DNA of 57,656 nt, the filler included, from Sphacelaria rigidula (taxonomy: Eukaryota), in NCBI GenBank assembly GCA_964200075.2. It is 4 parts of 4 records of this genome, joined end to end, with 100 filler letters (N's around TTAATTAATTAA, not from the genome) between each part and the next. Parts side by side here need not be neighbours in the genome. Positions count along the whole stretch, not along the records: positions 1 to 14,342 come from CAXNAA020002304.1; positions 14,443 to 28,783 come from CAXNAA020002305.1; 2 more parts are not named here. One strand, given 5' to 3'. The position numbers were made by a program, and so were the translations under genes. Shown here piece after piece: positions 11,714 to 23,600 of this stretch. The number at the start of each line of letters is the position of its first letter. Position 1 is the first letter of the stretch. Below the pieces are notes generated by a model. That model made no database searches, was not told the origin of the DNA, and was given only the letters and a program-made list of their open reading frames with translations.

Positions 11714-14271
11714 CTTGGGGATATTTTCAGATTCTACCCGACGGATTACGCTACATTCAATAAATGACGACCGTGTGCATAGGCGGGCGGCGCGAGAGGC
11801 AGTGGGGAGGAAGGGGAGGGGGGTTGAGTAAGCGTTGCGGTATGCCGCGATGTCAGTTGGAGTGCGACTCTGGATGATGAAAACAAATAATACTTGACAG
11901 ACGGGAGTGGGGTCGTGTAAGTCAAGATATCCATCGAGGCCAAAAATAAAGACATCGCTCCGCCAGCATATGCAGACTACAGACACAGGCATACCCCAGG
12001 GGCCAGGGTGGGACATTTCAACGCACGGAGCCCACATCTTCTCACATTGTTTGGGCATCGAGACGGTGCGAAATGAAGTCGCTCTTTTGGTGTGTGTGTG
12101 TGCTGGAATAGAGATAGGTGGGGGAGGGGGGGGAGGGGGGCGTACGTATACGAAAGAACTGTGCTGCGTCAAGTACTTGACGCAGTACACATTTTTCATG
12201 CTGCAAACTATTGATGGTCTGTTGTCCATGGTGTGAAAATATACGGGAGTGGGGAGTTGGGCGATGTATGCACGACAACGAAGGAAGGAGCCGAGAAGTG
12301 GTGTGGCTATATCTCCGTGGGTGACCCTCGTACCCTTTCCACAACGAATTATGAATCGACGACCTCTATCGCAGGCAAAAAAAAAGGCCTCAAGACCTGA
12401 AAGTACTCTGTTTTGCCACACCATATATTTGGGGCCCCATAGGAATTGGGCTGACGTACGTGAAACGGTTAAAATATTAAGGTCGAGCTGTAGTATCGTG
12501 GACGTCATGCCTTGCATCCTCACAAAATCTAAGGTGGTGGACATAAAACCACCACCTTTCACCAATAAACACCCTTGATTCCGCTGTGCATCCATGACAG
12601 GGATAACAAGAAGCTGGGTCGACCAAAGAATTGCATATCGTGTCTGATGGCGATATCTGTGCCAACGTCACGCTGTCAGGGCAAGCTGGGCATATCAGGA
12701 TAAATTGACTAGTTAAGGCAGTCACGAGCAGCCACCTAAAGTAGCTTTGAGGGATCTCATCTGCCAAATTGGTGTAGAGAAACTGGCGTCTCGGTGCTCG
12801 TACTTTTCATATAATCAGGCCTCTCATTTTGCTCTTCTGAAAATCCCCTTAAAAAAAAAGAGAAGAAGGTAATTCAGATTTTTTCCAGATCTTTTCTGAG
12901 CGTGTAACCTCCGCGGCGGGAAGAAAAGCGGCAGATGTTTCACTCATCCCGTGATACATCGTCGTTCGAAAATTATAGCCCAAATCCTACATTTTCGGAT
13001 GTGAGCTTGTATGCAAAGTGATTTGGGTGCAAAATTAGCCATCACAGCAGCTCACTTTTCAATTCGGGACCTGAAATTTGAACTCGAAACTCGCTGTAAT
13101 AGTTATGACGCATTCGTTCGGGCAGTCGCGTCTCGTCGGTGGAATGAGCCTGCAGCGTGTAGACGAGTACCTCACAAAATCATGTGTCGCAATTTCAGGA
13201 CCAAACGCGAAAAAGTGAGCTGTGCGTGGAGATATTTATTTGGGTTAAACACGGTCACACCCAGAAAAACCGCCAAAAATATTTAGGACCGCTCTCGACC
13301 TCCTGAGCGCTCACCGCTCGACGCGCGGGTCTGAAAAGTCATTTTCCGAGTGAAGATGGTACCGATTCTTCAGATTTGACACTCCGGGGTACTTCGGGTA
13401 AATGATGGGGGGGTATTTCCTTCAACTTTTAATCCACTCTCTTCCATTTTTTCGCGTGTGACACGGGAGAATCACCACAGTTTCGTGTTAAACGGTAAAG
13501 GACCCACTCCCGCATTCCACATCCCACCACACGGTGCCATGCAGTAGTGCAAGCGGCCAATAGCATCATGATTGCCGCCAAGAAGAAAGCAGAAAGTCGT
13601 ATCCACATGGAGAGTAATCATGACGCGTGCGGCATTTGGGTTGTACGTGCCCCAAACTCCATGAAACAAGGGGGAGTGAGAGCTGATTTCCGGGGGGCGC
13701 CTACTTTTCAAATTTGTACATGGAAAAAAAACAATACCATAGGGGGAAAAAGTCATGCACCTTTCCCAGAAGAAAAAAAGGAAAAGGTGCATGGAAATAT
13801 TGCGACGGTGCTTGGGATAGGTGTTGAGTACGAGTACGAGTACGAGTAATTTGAGGTGTCGGCAATCCAGGTACTTTGGAATAGCATTTTCGGCAGTTGA
13901 TAACCCAATGCTACGGAATATTCTGTGTTTTCGGCAGCTCAAGTTTTGCACGCGAACCGGCAGACGTGGGTTTTTGGAGGCGGGGTTGCTCGTGTCAACG
14001 ACTACAGATTCGCAGGTTGCACGCAAATGGTGAAAAAGGCAGGATAGCACGTACATCATATCGCGCAGAGGAACAATGAGACAGCTGCATCTCAAGGACA
14101 GGCGGCAGCGCTCAAGACACCAGCCGTCCTCAGTCCAGGCACTCTCGAATATTCAGGATTTCCGGGAGTCGACACTCCAAGTACTATGGAATACCCAGTA
14201 TATTCGGCAGTCGATCGTCCAGGGCACTCGGGAGTCGTGAGCACTGTCATGAAACTACTCCGGAAGTTTTG

Positions 14272-14342
14272 GGTGTGTGTTGTGTGTGTGTTGTCGTCCC
14301 ATTTATTCTGGGCACCAGTCTACCCCTTTCGGTGTATGTGGG
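14272..14342 (-). mobile_element. SINE 3' fragment at contig end
   Basis: TGTGTTGTCGTCCCATTTATTCTGG...TTTCGGTGTATGTGGG matches the SINE tail; cut by the linker. Confidence 0.75.
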
Positions 14343-14442
14343 NNNNNNNNNNNNNNNNNNNNNNNNNNNNNNNNNNNNNNNNNNNNTTAATTAATTAANN
14401 NNNNNNNNNNNNNNNNNNNNNNNNNNNNNNNNNNNNNNNNNN
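14343..14442. other. Artificial contig linker (N44-TTAATTAATTAA-N44)
   Basis: 100-nt N run containing a six-frame stop linker; identical linkers at 28784 and 43221. Confidence 0.98.
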
Positions 14443-14870
14443 CGTAGTGAGTCGCGTGTTTCATAGCGTCATCGCCAACCGACGCCAACCCCATCGGGGG
14501 TCCGCGTGATTTTGGGGGGGGGAGGGAGTATTGCGGCATCGCTCGATGGTCATGGCCATTGTTTGGAGCTTTTCACAGCGCCACGTACAATTATCCAGCG
14601 TATCCTCAAATATGTGTAGCCGACAAACAAACCTCAAATAAACTGGATAAACTAGCGCCCTCGTCACCAGTTCCAGTTTTAACTCCAGTTCCAGTTTAAA
14701 CTACAGTATAAAACTGGTCCAGTTCACAGCCCTAGTTTATATCCAGTGATCGTGAGAGAGATTTTCAGACGGTATTGGTACGCTACTGTTGGCACTGCGA
14801 ATGCTTACCTCTCTCTCCTCCGTAAGTTTTCGTTCAACATGGTAACTTGTCACCAACATCTTCCTCTCAC

Positions 14871-17800
14871 CGAGCCTCCTCGTCGAGAACACCCACGGCT
14901 TCCGTTTCTATCTTGGATAGCTGATGCATCTCCCGCTCCAGCACTGTTACAGCCTCTTCAAACTCACTTATCTCTTCCATAATCGCCTCTACCGCCTCTT
15001 CCGCCGACACCTGAAACAGTAATCGTCCGGAGAGAGAGAGAACGCGAGCGAGCAAGAAACAAAGGTGGGAACAAACTAGCGCGAAAGGGGTCAACTTTAG
15101 CAGGCGCTGTTCTCTCGTGAAAATGGGCAAATTTGGATAGCTCCGCCGTGGCGTAAAATTTGCCCCCCATGAAGCACGCGCACAACGCTTTGGAAGCTCC
15201 TTTCCTTTTTGCTACGACTTACCGTGATAAAAGCAAGGTACCTTACGGCTCTCGCGTCAGTGGCGAAAGAGTACCAGTTGTGGGTACGGCAATAGCATGG
15301 GATGTGTGCAAGTTAGGAAATGAGAAGAGACTCTGGTCCCCAATGCCGCACCAAAGCCAAGTATCTGCACACAATGTTGCACACTGAACAATGGGTGCTA
15401 TAAACGCACCTATCAAGATAGCGACATCGACTACTTGACCAACAGCCGTCACACGAGGTTATCGCCTAAAAGCATTCGGTCTTGACACTCCACGCTCAAG
15501 CTGCACGTGCTCAGTATCTCAAGCCAAAACACCACCTCCGGTATATCACGCTTCGCATCACAACACGTCGATTCGATCTGCCCCCCCCCTTCCCAAAACA
15601 ACTGACAGACCAAATATTAAACGTGTGGTAGGTCACCAGCCCACCCACACACATATATATATATATATATATATGTACATGTTTCTGTTTCCCCTGATTT
15701 TTTTCTGACTTTACCTTCTCTCCGGTCAACAGCTGGACATCGCTTTGCAGCCGAGTGCCGTGCAACTTGTGCTCCAAGAGCATCTGTCGCCCAAACTCTA
15801 TCCCCTGGCTCTGACTCTTGGAGAACAGAAACTTGTCGCGCTCCCGACCGGCGCGGCGTCGGCCGAGGTAGCCGCGGAAGATCCTTTGGATCGTCACGGC
15901 ACCGTGCTTTTCGTCGCGGCAGCGGAACGCGTGGCGACGGCCCGCGACACCTCTCCAGAGAGACTTGGTGTGGGCGCGCAAGGACAAAGGAGGAGAAAGA
16001 GGAAATCATGACAGCTCTTGGATATACATATGTAGGTAGTCATCAACGATGCTTAGGTGAGCTGTGCGCCGAAGGAAGCAGAAGAAGTGAATGCTAGAAT
16101 GCTCAATTCTTGGACACGCTCATCACACTCGTCATCGGTGGCGAGCAGAGGGTATTGGCGAGCAGGAGGATGGGTGATGGATAGCCGAAGGTCGTATGAA
16201 TGCTTGTGGAGCTGTTTTGGCGGCAAAAACGTTTGCTCGAGATCCACTCTTCGCGATCGTGACAGAAAAAGCGTTGTGACGGTGTCGCAGCGCAGGATTG
16301 CTAAGGTTGACCGCCGCACATCCAACCACCAAGGAAGCCTGGATCGGGGCTACTAGAGGACGATCGAGACGTCATCATTGCCGAAGGAAGAGTCAATAAT
16401 GGTTTTGGAAGTAACTCGCGGGTGGGTGACTGCCGCTACGCGCGCGACCTCCGTGGTTTATCCAAAGACTCACACACAATACCCCCCAGTGAGCACGTAA
16501 TCTAAAATACCTGTATGCAGGCCGCCGCGTGATCTCGCCTAGTTCGAGTCAGTCGCACGCGCCGTCTAGCGATAGCCCCTCTCCACACTCGTTGCATGTG
16601 CCCGCTGGCGGCCTGCTGCCGTCGCAGGAGCTCGAACCATCGCCGTGCGGCATGTCCTCTCCAATTCCTTTGCACCAATTGCGCCGCCCAGACCGACCTC
16701 AACCTAGGTGTTTTATGACATGCATCCAAGTAAGCACAATCTGCCAGCGTCAGACGGGAACGTATCATGCAAAACAAACTTTTTTGAAAACCTACCGGCG
16801 ATTTTCTGCCCCAGTTCGAAAAGGAGGGTTTGACATCAGATGGCGCTGTTGTCAAAATTAAGCGGCGAGTTTGTCAAGACGCAGGAGTATGACCTATAGG
16901 CGCATGGTGGTGTGGGTTGTTCGCCGAGATCAGACCCAGCACTCACTTCTCCAAAAACATCAACCGCCCTCGCCACCCTCGGAATATCCGCTGGATGTAC
17001 ACGCATGCACGCTCTTCCCTCATCGTCTCCAATTTCTTGAATGCCAAGAACGCGCGCATGACACCCTGGATGCGGAAAGCCGCTTTGTCCAGTCGAATCA
17101 AGCGCATCCGATTTCGCTTCAATCTCCACGTCATGTACTCCTTAACCTGCACGAAGGTACGAAGGTACACATTATGGTTTATTTAACCGCATGAGACCGT
17201 TCGGAGCGATGGCGCCGGTGGTTTGCTGTTTACTTCGCAGAACCCGCTGGGCTGGCGAAACGCAGAACCCGCTGGGCTGGCGAAACGAGGCCGACTCTCC
17301 TCACCTCCACAGAAGGGCATTCTCACAGCCTTTCACTACCAAGCCAAACCTGCGACGATTCTTGAGGACGTGGGCACTACTTTTTCTGTACTCTCATTAG
17401 CGGTTGGTGTTATATACCTCAGGGAATTCCTCTGGAGTTGGGTAAACTTTGCTTCCTTGTCCAAACCCGTAGACAAGGTTGTCTTGCCTCTCGAACGCCG
17501 GGTGCGAAGCGTCTAGCACCGTGCCGACCATTATATGTCGCCCCGACGAAGCTTCCGCCGCACATTCTCCGCTCCTGTTTCCCCCTCCACCACCTCGTCT
17601 CCGCCGACCCCCCCCCTTTCGATGCCCTTTACCTCCGCCACCCGACTGCCACCGATCGCAGCCCTCGCCGTCACCGCCGCGACCCCGCGCGGCGGCGTTA
17701 GCACCGGCGGCGACCACACTCGAGCGATAGCTCTCCCACGAGGTCCCGTAAATTTCGCCGACGGTTCCATCCCAGGCCGATCCCATTTCGGTCTGGCCAT

Positions 17801-20624
17801 CGTCCCCCTTATCCCCGCCGTCGATGCCACCGAGACTACTGTCCGCTTCTCCGCCATTGAAACTGGCACCACCGACGCCACTGCCGCCTACGGCATCTAG
17901 CCCCGACTTTTTGGGCCCGGTTGGTCCGCCGGGTTTTGTCCCGAGCCGTAGCACATTGCCGCGAGCACGATGTTCGGTTTCTGATTGAATATCTCCCATG
18001 GTGCTTAACACGCTGTCGATGTATCCATCTTCGAAAGCACGGTTACTGCCGCTGGCGTCACCTTTGGCACCGCCGTTACCACCCCGCCGTCGGCTGATGG
18101 GGGATTCGCCCGCTCTGTTCAGTCCCCCCGAGTTTGTTCCTCCTCCTGCGCTGCCAGTCATTGTGTTACGAGATATTCCCGTCAACTTTGCCACGAGCGG
18201 GCCGCCGCCGGGTTTCGTTCGTGGATTTTCGCCGGAGGCGGCTGTAAATTCTGGATGGCTCATTGCGTAGACTACATCGTTAGCCTCGTGGTAACCGGCG
18301 ATGGCTTGCTCCAGAAGGGTGGTCGTTTGAGCCCGGGCCTCCTGGAAAATCTCGTGACCGGCGTTCATCCAAACGACGCAGGTTTTCTTGGGGTCGCGCA
18401 GAACCTGCTTTTGTTTGTTGCGCATCATGTAACGCAGTACACCGTCAATCGTTGAAAAATATAAAAGAGACTCCCAGTTTCTTCGAGTTTGTTCGTTTCG
18501 CGATAGTCACAATCCGGATTGCTAGGTCCATAGTTAGCCAGGAAGTGACGTCCGCGCTGATCGGCTCAAGGTCGGCACGATAACGCGGATACGGCACGTG
18601 TGCTTATGCTTGCAGTAGGGTAGCTGCCGCCCTTAAGAGTTTCTGACAACCAAGCACGTGCCAGGCATGTCTTCCCGGCAAGGTAAATACCTGGCGGGGG
18701 CATACCAGTACCCCGACGTGTTCAGCTATTGCCATGTTTGTAGTCGGAACCATAGCCCAGGAGCACCTCATCCTACCGGTAACGAATCGTTCAAGCGCCA
18801 AGACAATGCGTTTTAATCCTTGGAGATATGTCACGGCAACAAAACCGATCCTCGCCTTGTGGATGCTGCGAACCTCGCCGCCGCGCCGGGACACGTAAGG
18901 GTCGGTGTGAAGAGGCTTGACGAAGTTGTTCTGTGTGCTCTGCACACAGATTACCGGAATATCGATTTCCGATAGCACCGGGCGGGTGTCCACATGTGCG
19001 AGCGCGCCCTTGCAAAGCTGCAACCGACCCTTGACGGATATTGGGTTGTGTACCGCTGTGTAGATATTCAGCGCCAAGGGAGTAGACACCTTTTTGCGGA
19101 GGGTGGATAAGATCGGCCCGCGACGGAATCACAGGTCAAGCAACGGTATGAACATGGTTATCTCAACTACGTCTCTCCCTATTCGGCGGACCTTGTCGCG
19201 CAGATTACGAGTGTGAGATCTCACGCAGACCGGCAAAGACCGTGTGCCCTTGGGTGGCAACTGGTGTACCGTCCGTCTGAATGGGGACCCGCAGAACAAG
19301 AGCGATCCTTACACTCCGCTACTTGCCGCAGTACAAGGTCTGACGAACCACTTGTTCACAACAAAATCTTCGGCCCGACAACATTTTCCGTGAAAATCCT
19401 TGTGAGCAAATAACGACATGAGATCGGACACTCTTCTTTCACCTGTCCCAAATATGCCGGGCTGAAGAGAAATCTCGCGTAAAAGTACACCGGAAGGTCC
19501 GGTCGTGACTCGGGGGCACATGCGAAAACGTTCATGCAGTCGTGCAAAACCCCGGCAAGGTAGGCATCCACGTAGGAGAAGGAGTTCAGCAGCAAAAGGG
19601 ATCGCGGGGACGGCGAGGCGAAGTGACTAGCGTAAAATGTGGCCACGGCTCCGCCAGATCCGAAGCCGACCAGATGGTAAGGCCGATCGGAGTTGAACTC
19701 TCCTGAGAAACAGGACAAAATACATATCCGCAGGAATCGCAAGCGTCGGTGAGGGGCGAAGGAACGATAAAGACGATCAATTTCTCCTTGACACAGCGTG
19801 AATCTTGTCCAGGGATGATGGGCTGGGAGGTCAGCTCTTTTAATCCTTGATTGCCTCGAACTCTCTCAGAAAAATTGAGCCGTTCCGCAGATTCGTCGTT
19901 TGTGCTTCATGGTAGAAAATCATGGAAAATATCAAGGCAGAGAAGTACATGCCCGAGAACACGCGCCCGGAAAGGAATCCAGTCACTCAAATCCGTATAC
20001 ATGGGTGTGTGTGGAGGAACAATTACGAGGACTCCAATGTCATGGGTCGTTGGATTTCTTCTGTGGGTTTATTTATTACAGTGTGTTGATACCACTGCGT
20101 TATCCGGCTCCACAGACTGTTCACAGGCCGCTGATCTCCAAAGGCTTAAGTGGAGACAGTTCACTGGTTCCCGAAGGGTTGCGTAAAAGCGAGAAATACT
20201 GCCTGCGCAGGCATGTCCCACCCGCCCCAACATACCCTAATCTTCTTCTTCGACTTGCGCAAAAGCTGTCGTGCTCTCTGACTGGAGCCATGTAAGCGGG
20301 TACGACCGAACAAGTGGAGCCAACGTCGCTTGTTGGCGCGAGTAAATACGAGAGCCTGTACTAACGTCGCAGAATATAGACTTACCCGTGCCGCCCCCAC
20401 TCTTGTTCCCAAGGTGAAGCAACAGGTACTGGAGGATGGTGGAGAGATACTCGTTGTTGAGGAGCTGCTGTTCTCGCCACTCACTGAAAGCTTGCCCGGG
20501 GTAATTCCAAAGTAATACCTGTTGTGCGGACGGCCGTATTGAATCGTTGCTCCGTCTTTAAAGGAATAATATTGCGTGAAGTAACCCATCGTGAAGTCTG
20601 CGGAGAACCAGAATTCTTCGGCCA

Positions 20625-20691
<67 letters not shown>

Positions 20692-23600
20692 TTCCAGGTG
20701 AGTTCGTCGTCTTCTCCTTGCATCGTCGTGAATGATATGCCGGCGGGATTCAGTCGATTACTTCGAAATTACACGCCGGCATATCCGCCCGATTTCATCC
20801 TATCGTCATAACAAAAAAAAAAGTGAAATATGAGGCCCATTTATATGAACCGCAGTACCAAGCCCATGTGGGTAGTAGCGGTGGCGGCGACGGCGCGAGA
20901 CGTTTCGGATGGAGCGTGAAAAGTCGCACCTGAGCCCCAGGGTATCTTGCGATCACGGGCGCAAGTATAATCTTCATGCGTTCGCAGTTGTCGAACAGAT
21001 CATGGCACACCACGAGGTTGAAAAAAGGTCCACCAGACGAGGCACTGGGAGGTGGTGAGCCAACGATGCAGTAGGGAACCGAGGTATCAGCGTCGACCTT
21101 CCCGAGCGAGAGCATCACAACGAGATCGTAACGGCGTTCGGGCGTGAATAATTCCGCATCACGAGGGGCTGTCGTCAAGCCGAATCGATTCCCATAATAA
21201 AAACACTTGTTGGGGATCAGGCGTCGAGTGGAGATATTGATGCTACATTCTGTCCGATATTTGGATATCGCCCTTCTCTGTGTGAGTGAGTCGGGCGCAC
21301 GCGTTTCAGGGTGACAATGTTGGTTAAACACGCGCGGCCAGCTGAAGTTGAGCATTCTTCCGACATGTGTAGGACAAGACCGGCCGTCAGACGATCCAGG
21401 TATGATTTTTTATGTGACCCTACTCTCACGTACTCGATATCTCACGAACACTGCAGCAGCTTCTCTGTCGAGAATACTTCATACCTACAGTATAGCAGCC
21501 TGAAGGACTACTCACTGCAGACCGCAATTCGGACTACCCCCTCCCCCCCCCCCTCCGCCCTCAACACAAAACACCTTATTTTAACAAATACACTGTTCAC
21601 GATTACCACAGTACCTGTAAGTTTCCCTCCACGCTATCCCTCATGTCCCTCCCGCCAGCCAACGCCATACCCTCCGCGGCTGCCGCTGCTGAGCCTTTCA
21701 GCACCCCAAAGCCTTTGTTCCCCTGGATCGCCCTCAGTGCCCCCCCACCCCCGACGAGGCCATTACTGCCCTCATAAGACGACCCCGCGCCGCCAGCGAC
21801 ACCGACCAGCGGGCGGCCATTAGGAGCCGCAGGCGACAAATGGAATGGCACCGCCGCTCGCAGAGTGTTCAAAAGGGGGCCGGATTCGAGGGGCTTAGAC
21901 ACGCAGCCGTCCATCCCAGCAGCCATGTAAGACCGGAGATCCTCCGGGGCGGCCTTCGAGGTCAGGCAAATGATCGGCAAGTGTCGTATTTCTCCTGGCG
22001 GCGGTACCGACGACGGTGCTGTGCAAGACAGACGTGAGGGTGTAGAGGAAGGGGCGGATACTGTGGATGGATTGAGAGTACGACAAGTGTGCGCTCACAA
22101 TACCACACACCGCTGAGGTACTGCCCGTGCAAGCGAACAGTAGACTGGCTTCAATATGCAACAAGAACATCTACTTCGCTTCTGCCTGCAAAAAGTTAAC
22201 GCCAGTTTAGTTCAGTTTCCCCTCATTTGTATGTTGTCGATATCGAACAGTTGTGGTTTGGGGGCACCTCTGTTCACAATATGTCCGTCTTTAGGTTGTA
22301 CATCTCGAATCTTCACGCCTCTGTAGTCGTACCGTCAACAACTGGGTCTATTTCACGACCGCGCGTGCGTGCGGCGAGCCGCGAGTGTTCTTGGACTGCT
22401 GCAGTGCGGAGGTTCGAGGCACGATTTCTTCGCGCCTTCTCGAAATCCCTTAGACCCATGGTTACGCCAAACGCATCCATCACGGGTAAGTCTCGCTCAA
22501 TCACGAGGGCGTCCCATTCTCCGTCCCCCTCGATCAAGGCCTCCAGTGCCTGTTGTGACACAACGGTTCAAGGAAGAACCGTCGAAGTGTGGGCTAAAGA
22601 GCGCGCGGCCCGTGGGCGGGTGGGGATCGGCGTTGATTCGAGTGTAGGGGCGCGGTATTCTGATGAGGTACACTATACCGCTGTGGGTGATCACGCGCTA
22701 GGTACAAGAGGCGAACAACCGACTTCCCATACGAAATTCCAACGATATACTGCAACTCCGCCTACGATGTACGAAACGTAGGCACGTGGGGACGCCTTCA
22801 TTCATCAGCAGACACTTATACCTGCCACACAGCACGAACCTGTTTGCCATCGCCCTCCACCGTAACCATGTACCCTGCTCGCTCTAGCATCTCTTTGGTC
22901 GTCGTGGCCACTTCCGGCTCTGCGTCCGCGAGAAAAACCCTGGCGTGGAACAACCGATCCTCCTACTCGATTTTACAATACAAACGGCACACTGATGAGC
23001 GAAGAGGGTGGAGTACAGAAGATGTACTTGCATGTTAATGGCAGCATAAGCGCGAGCGAGGATAGACAATCAACGACCTCCGACGATGAGCTGACGGGTC
23101 AGTGACGAGGCTGTAGCTCTCGTTTCCCTTCACCTTACTGTATGCACACCCGTAGTTCATAATGCCCTTCTATGGAGGCGTAAACGCGACCGTAAAGCCC
23201 ATCACACGCATACCGCAGCATAGAGTGAGCGTCAGCCACATCGAAACAGCCAACCGCTAAATTGTACCGCTTCCTATCGGAACAGCATTTGCACCGCGGT
23301 TCGGGTCGGTCATCGATTGTCGCGTCAGTCCTGACCAAATGCATATTCACGACTCGGGAGGAACATATCGCCAATCCCCTCTTTCCGACCAGGTCATTGT
23401 CCATCAAGGGTAAATTGTCGCACTCAATCATGAAGGGCTAAACCGACCTCATGTCCCTCCGCATCTACAATGGAATCTTCATCGACGGTGTGCACCGTGC
23501 TCGTACTGTTGCTTCCATCTTTCCCTCCTCCTCCTTGATTCCCGCTGCCCAAAAGCCTTCGTTTTCGTTTTTCTCGCCCTTCAGTTGCCACCGACGCTCT

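Noticed and set aside
11714-12595. Upstream part of the 362-aa ORF as one coding exon
   Set aside because: It contains poly-C and CA runs typical of introns and no recognisable domain; I could not fix phase-compatible exons, though some of it may be coding.
14387-14398. TTAATTAATTAA as piggyBac target sites or a biological motif
   Set aside because: It is a synthetic six-frame stop linker inside the N runs.
813-15010. Contig 1 exons as the 3' continuation of the multidomain gene
   Set aside because: They are separated by a linker between size-sorted contigs, and exon phases do not match (phase 2 versus 0).
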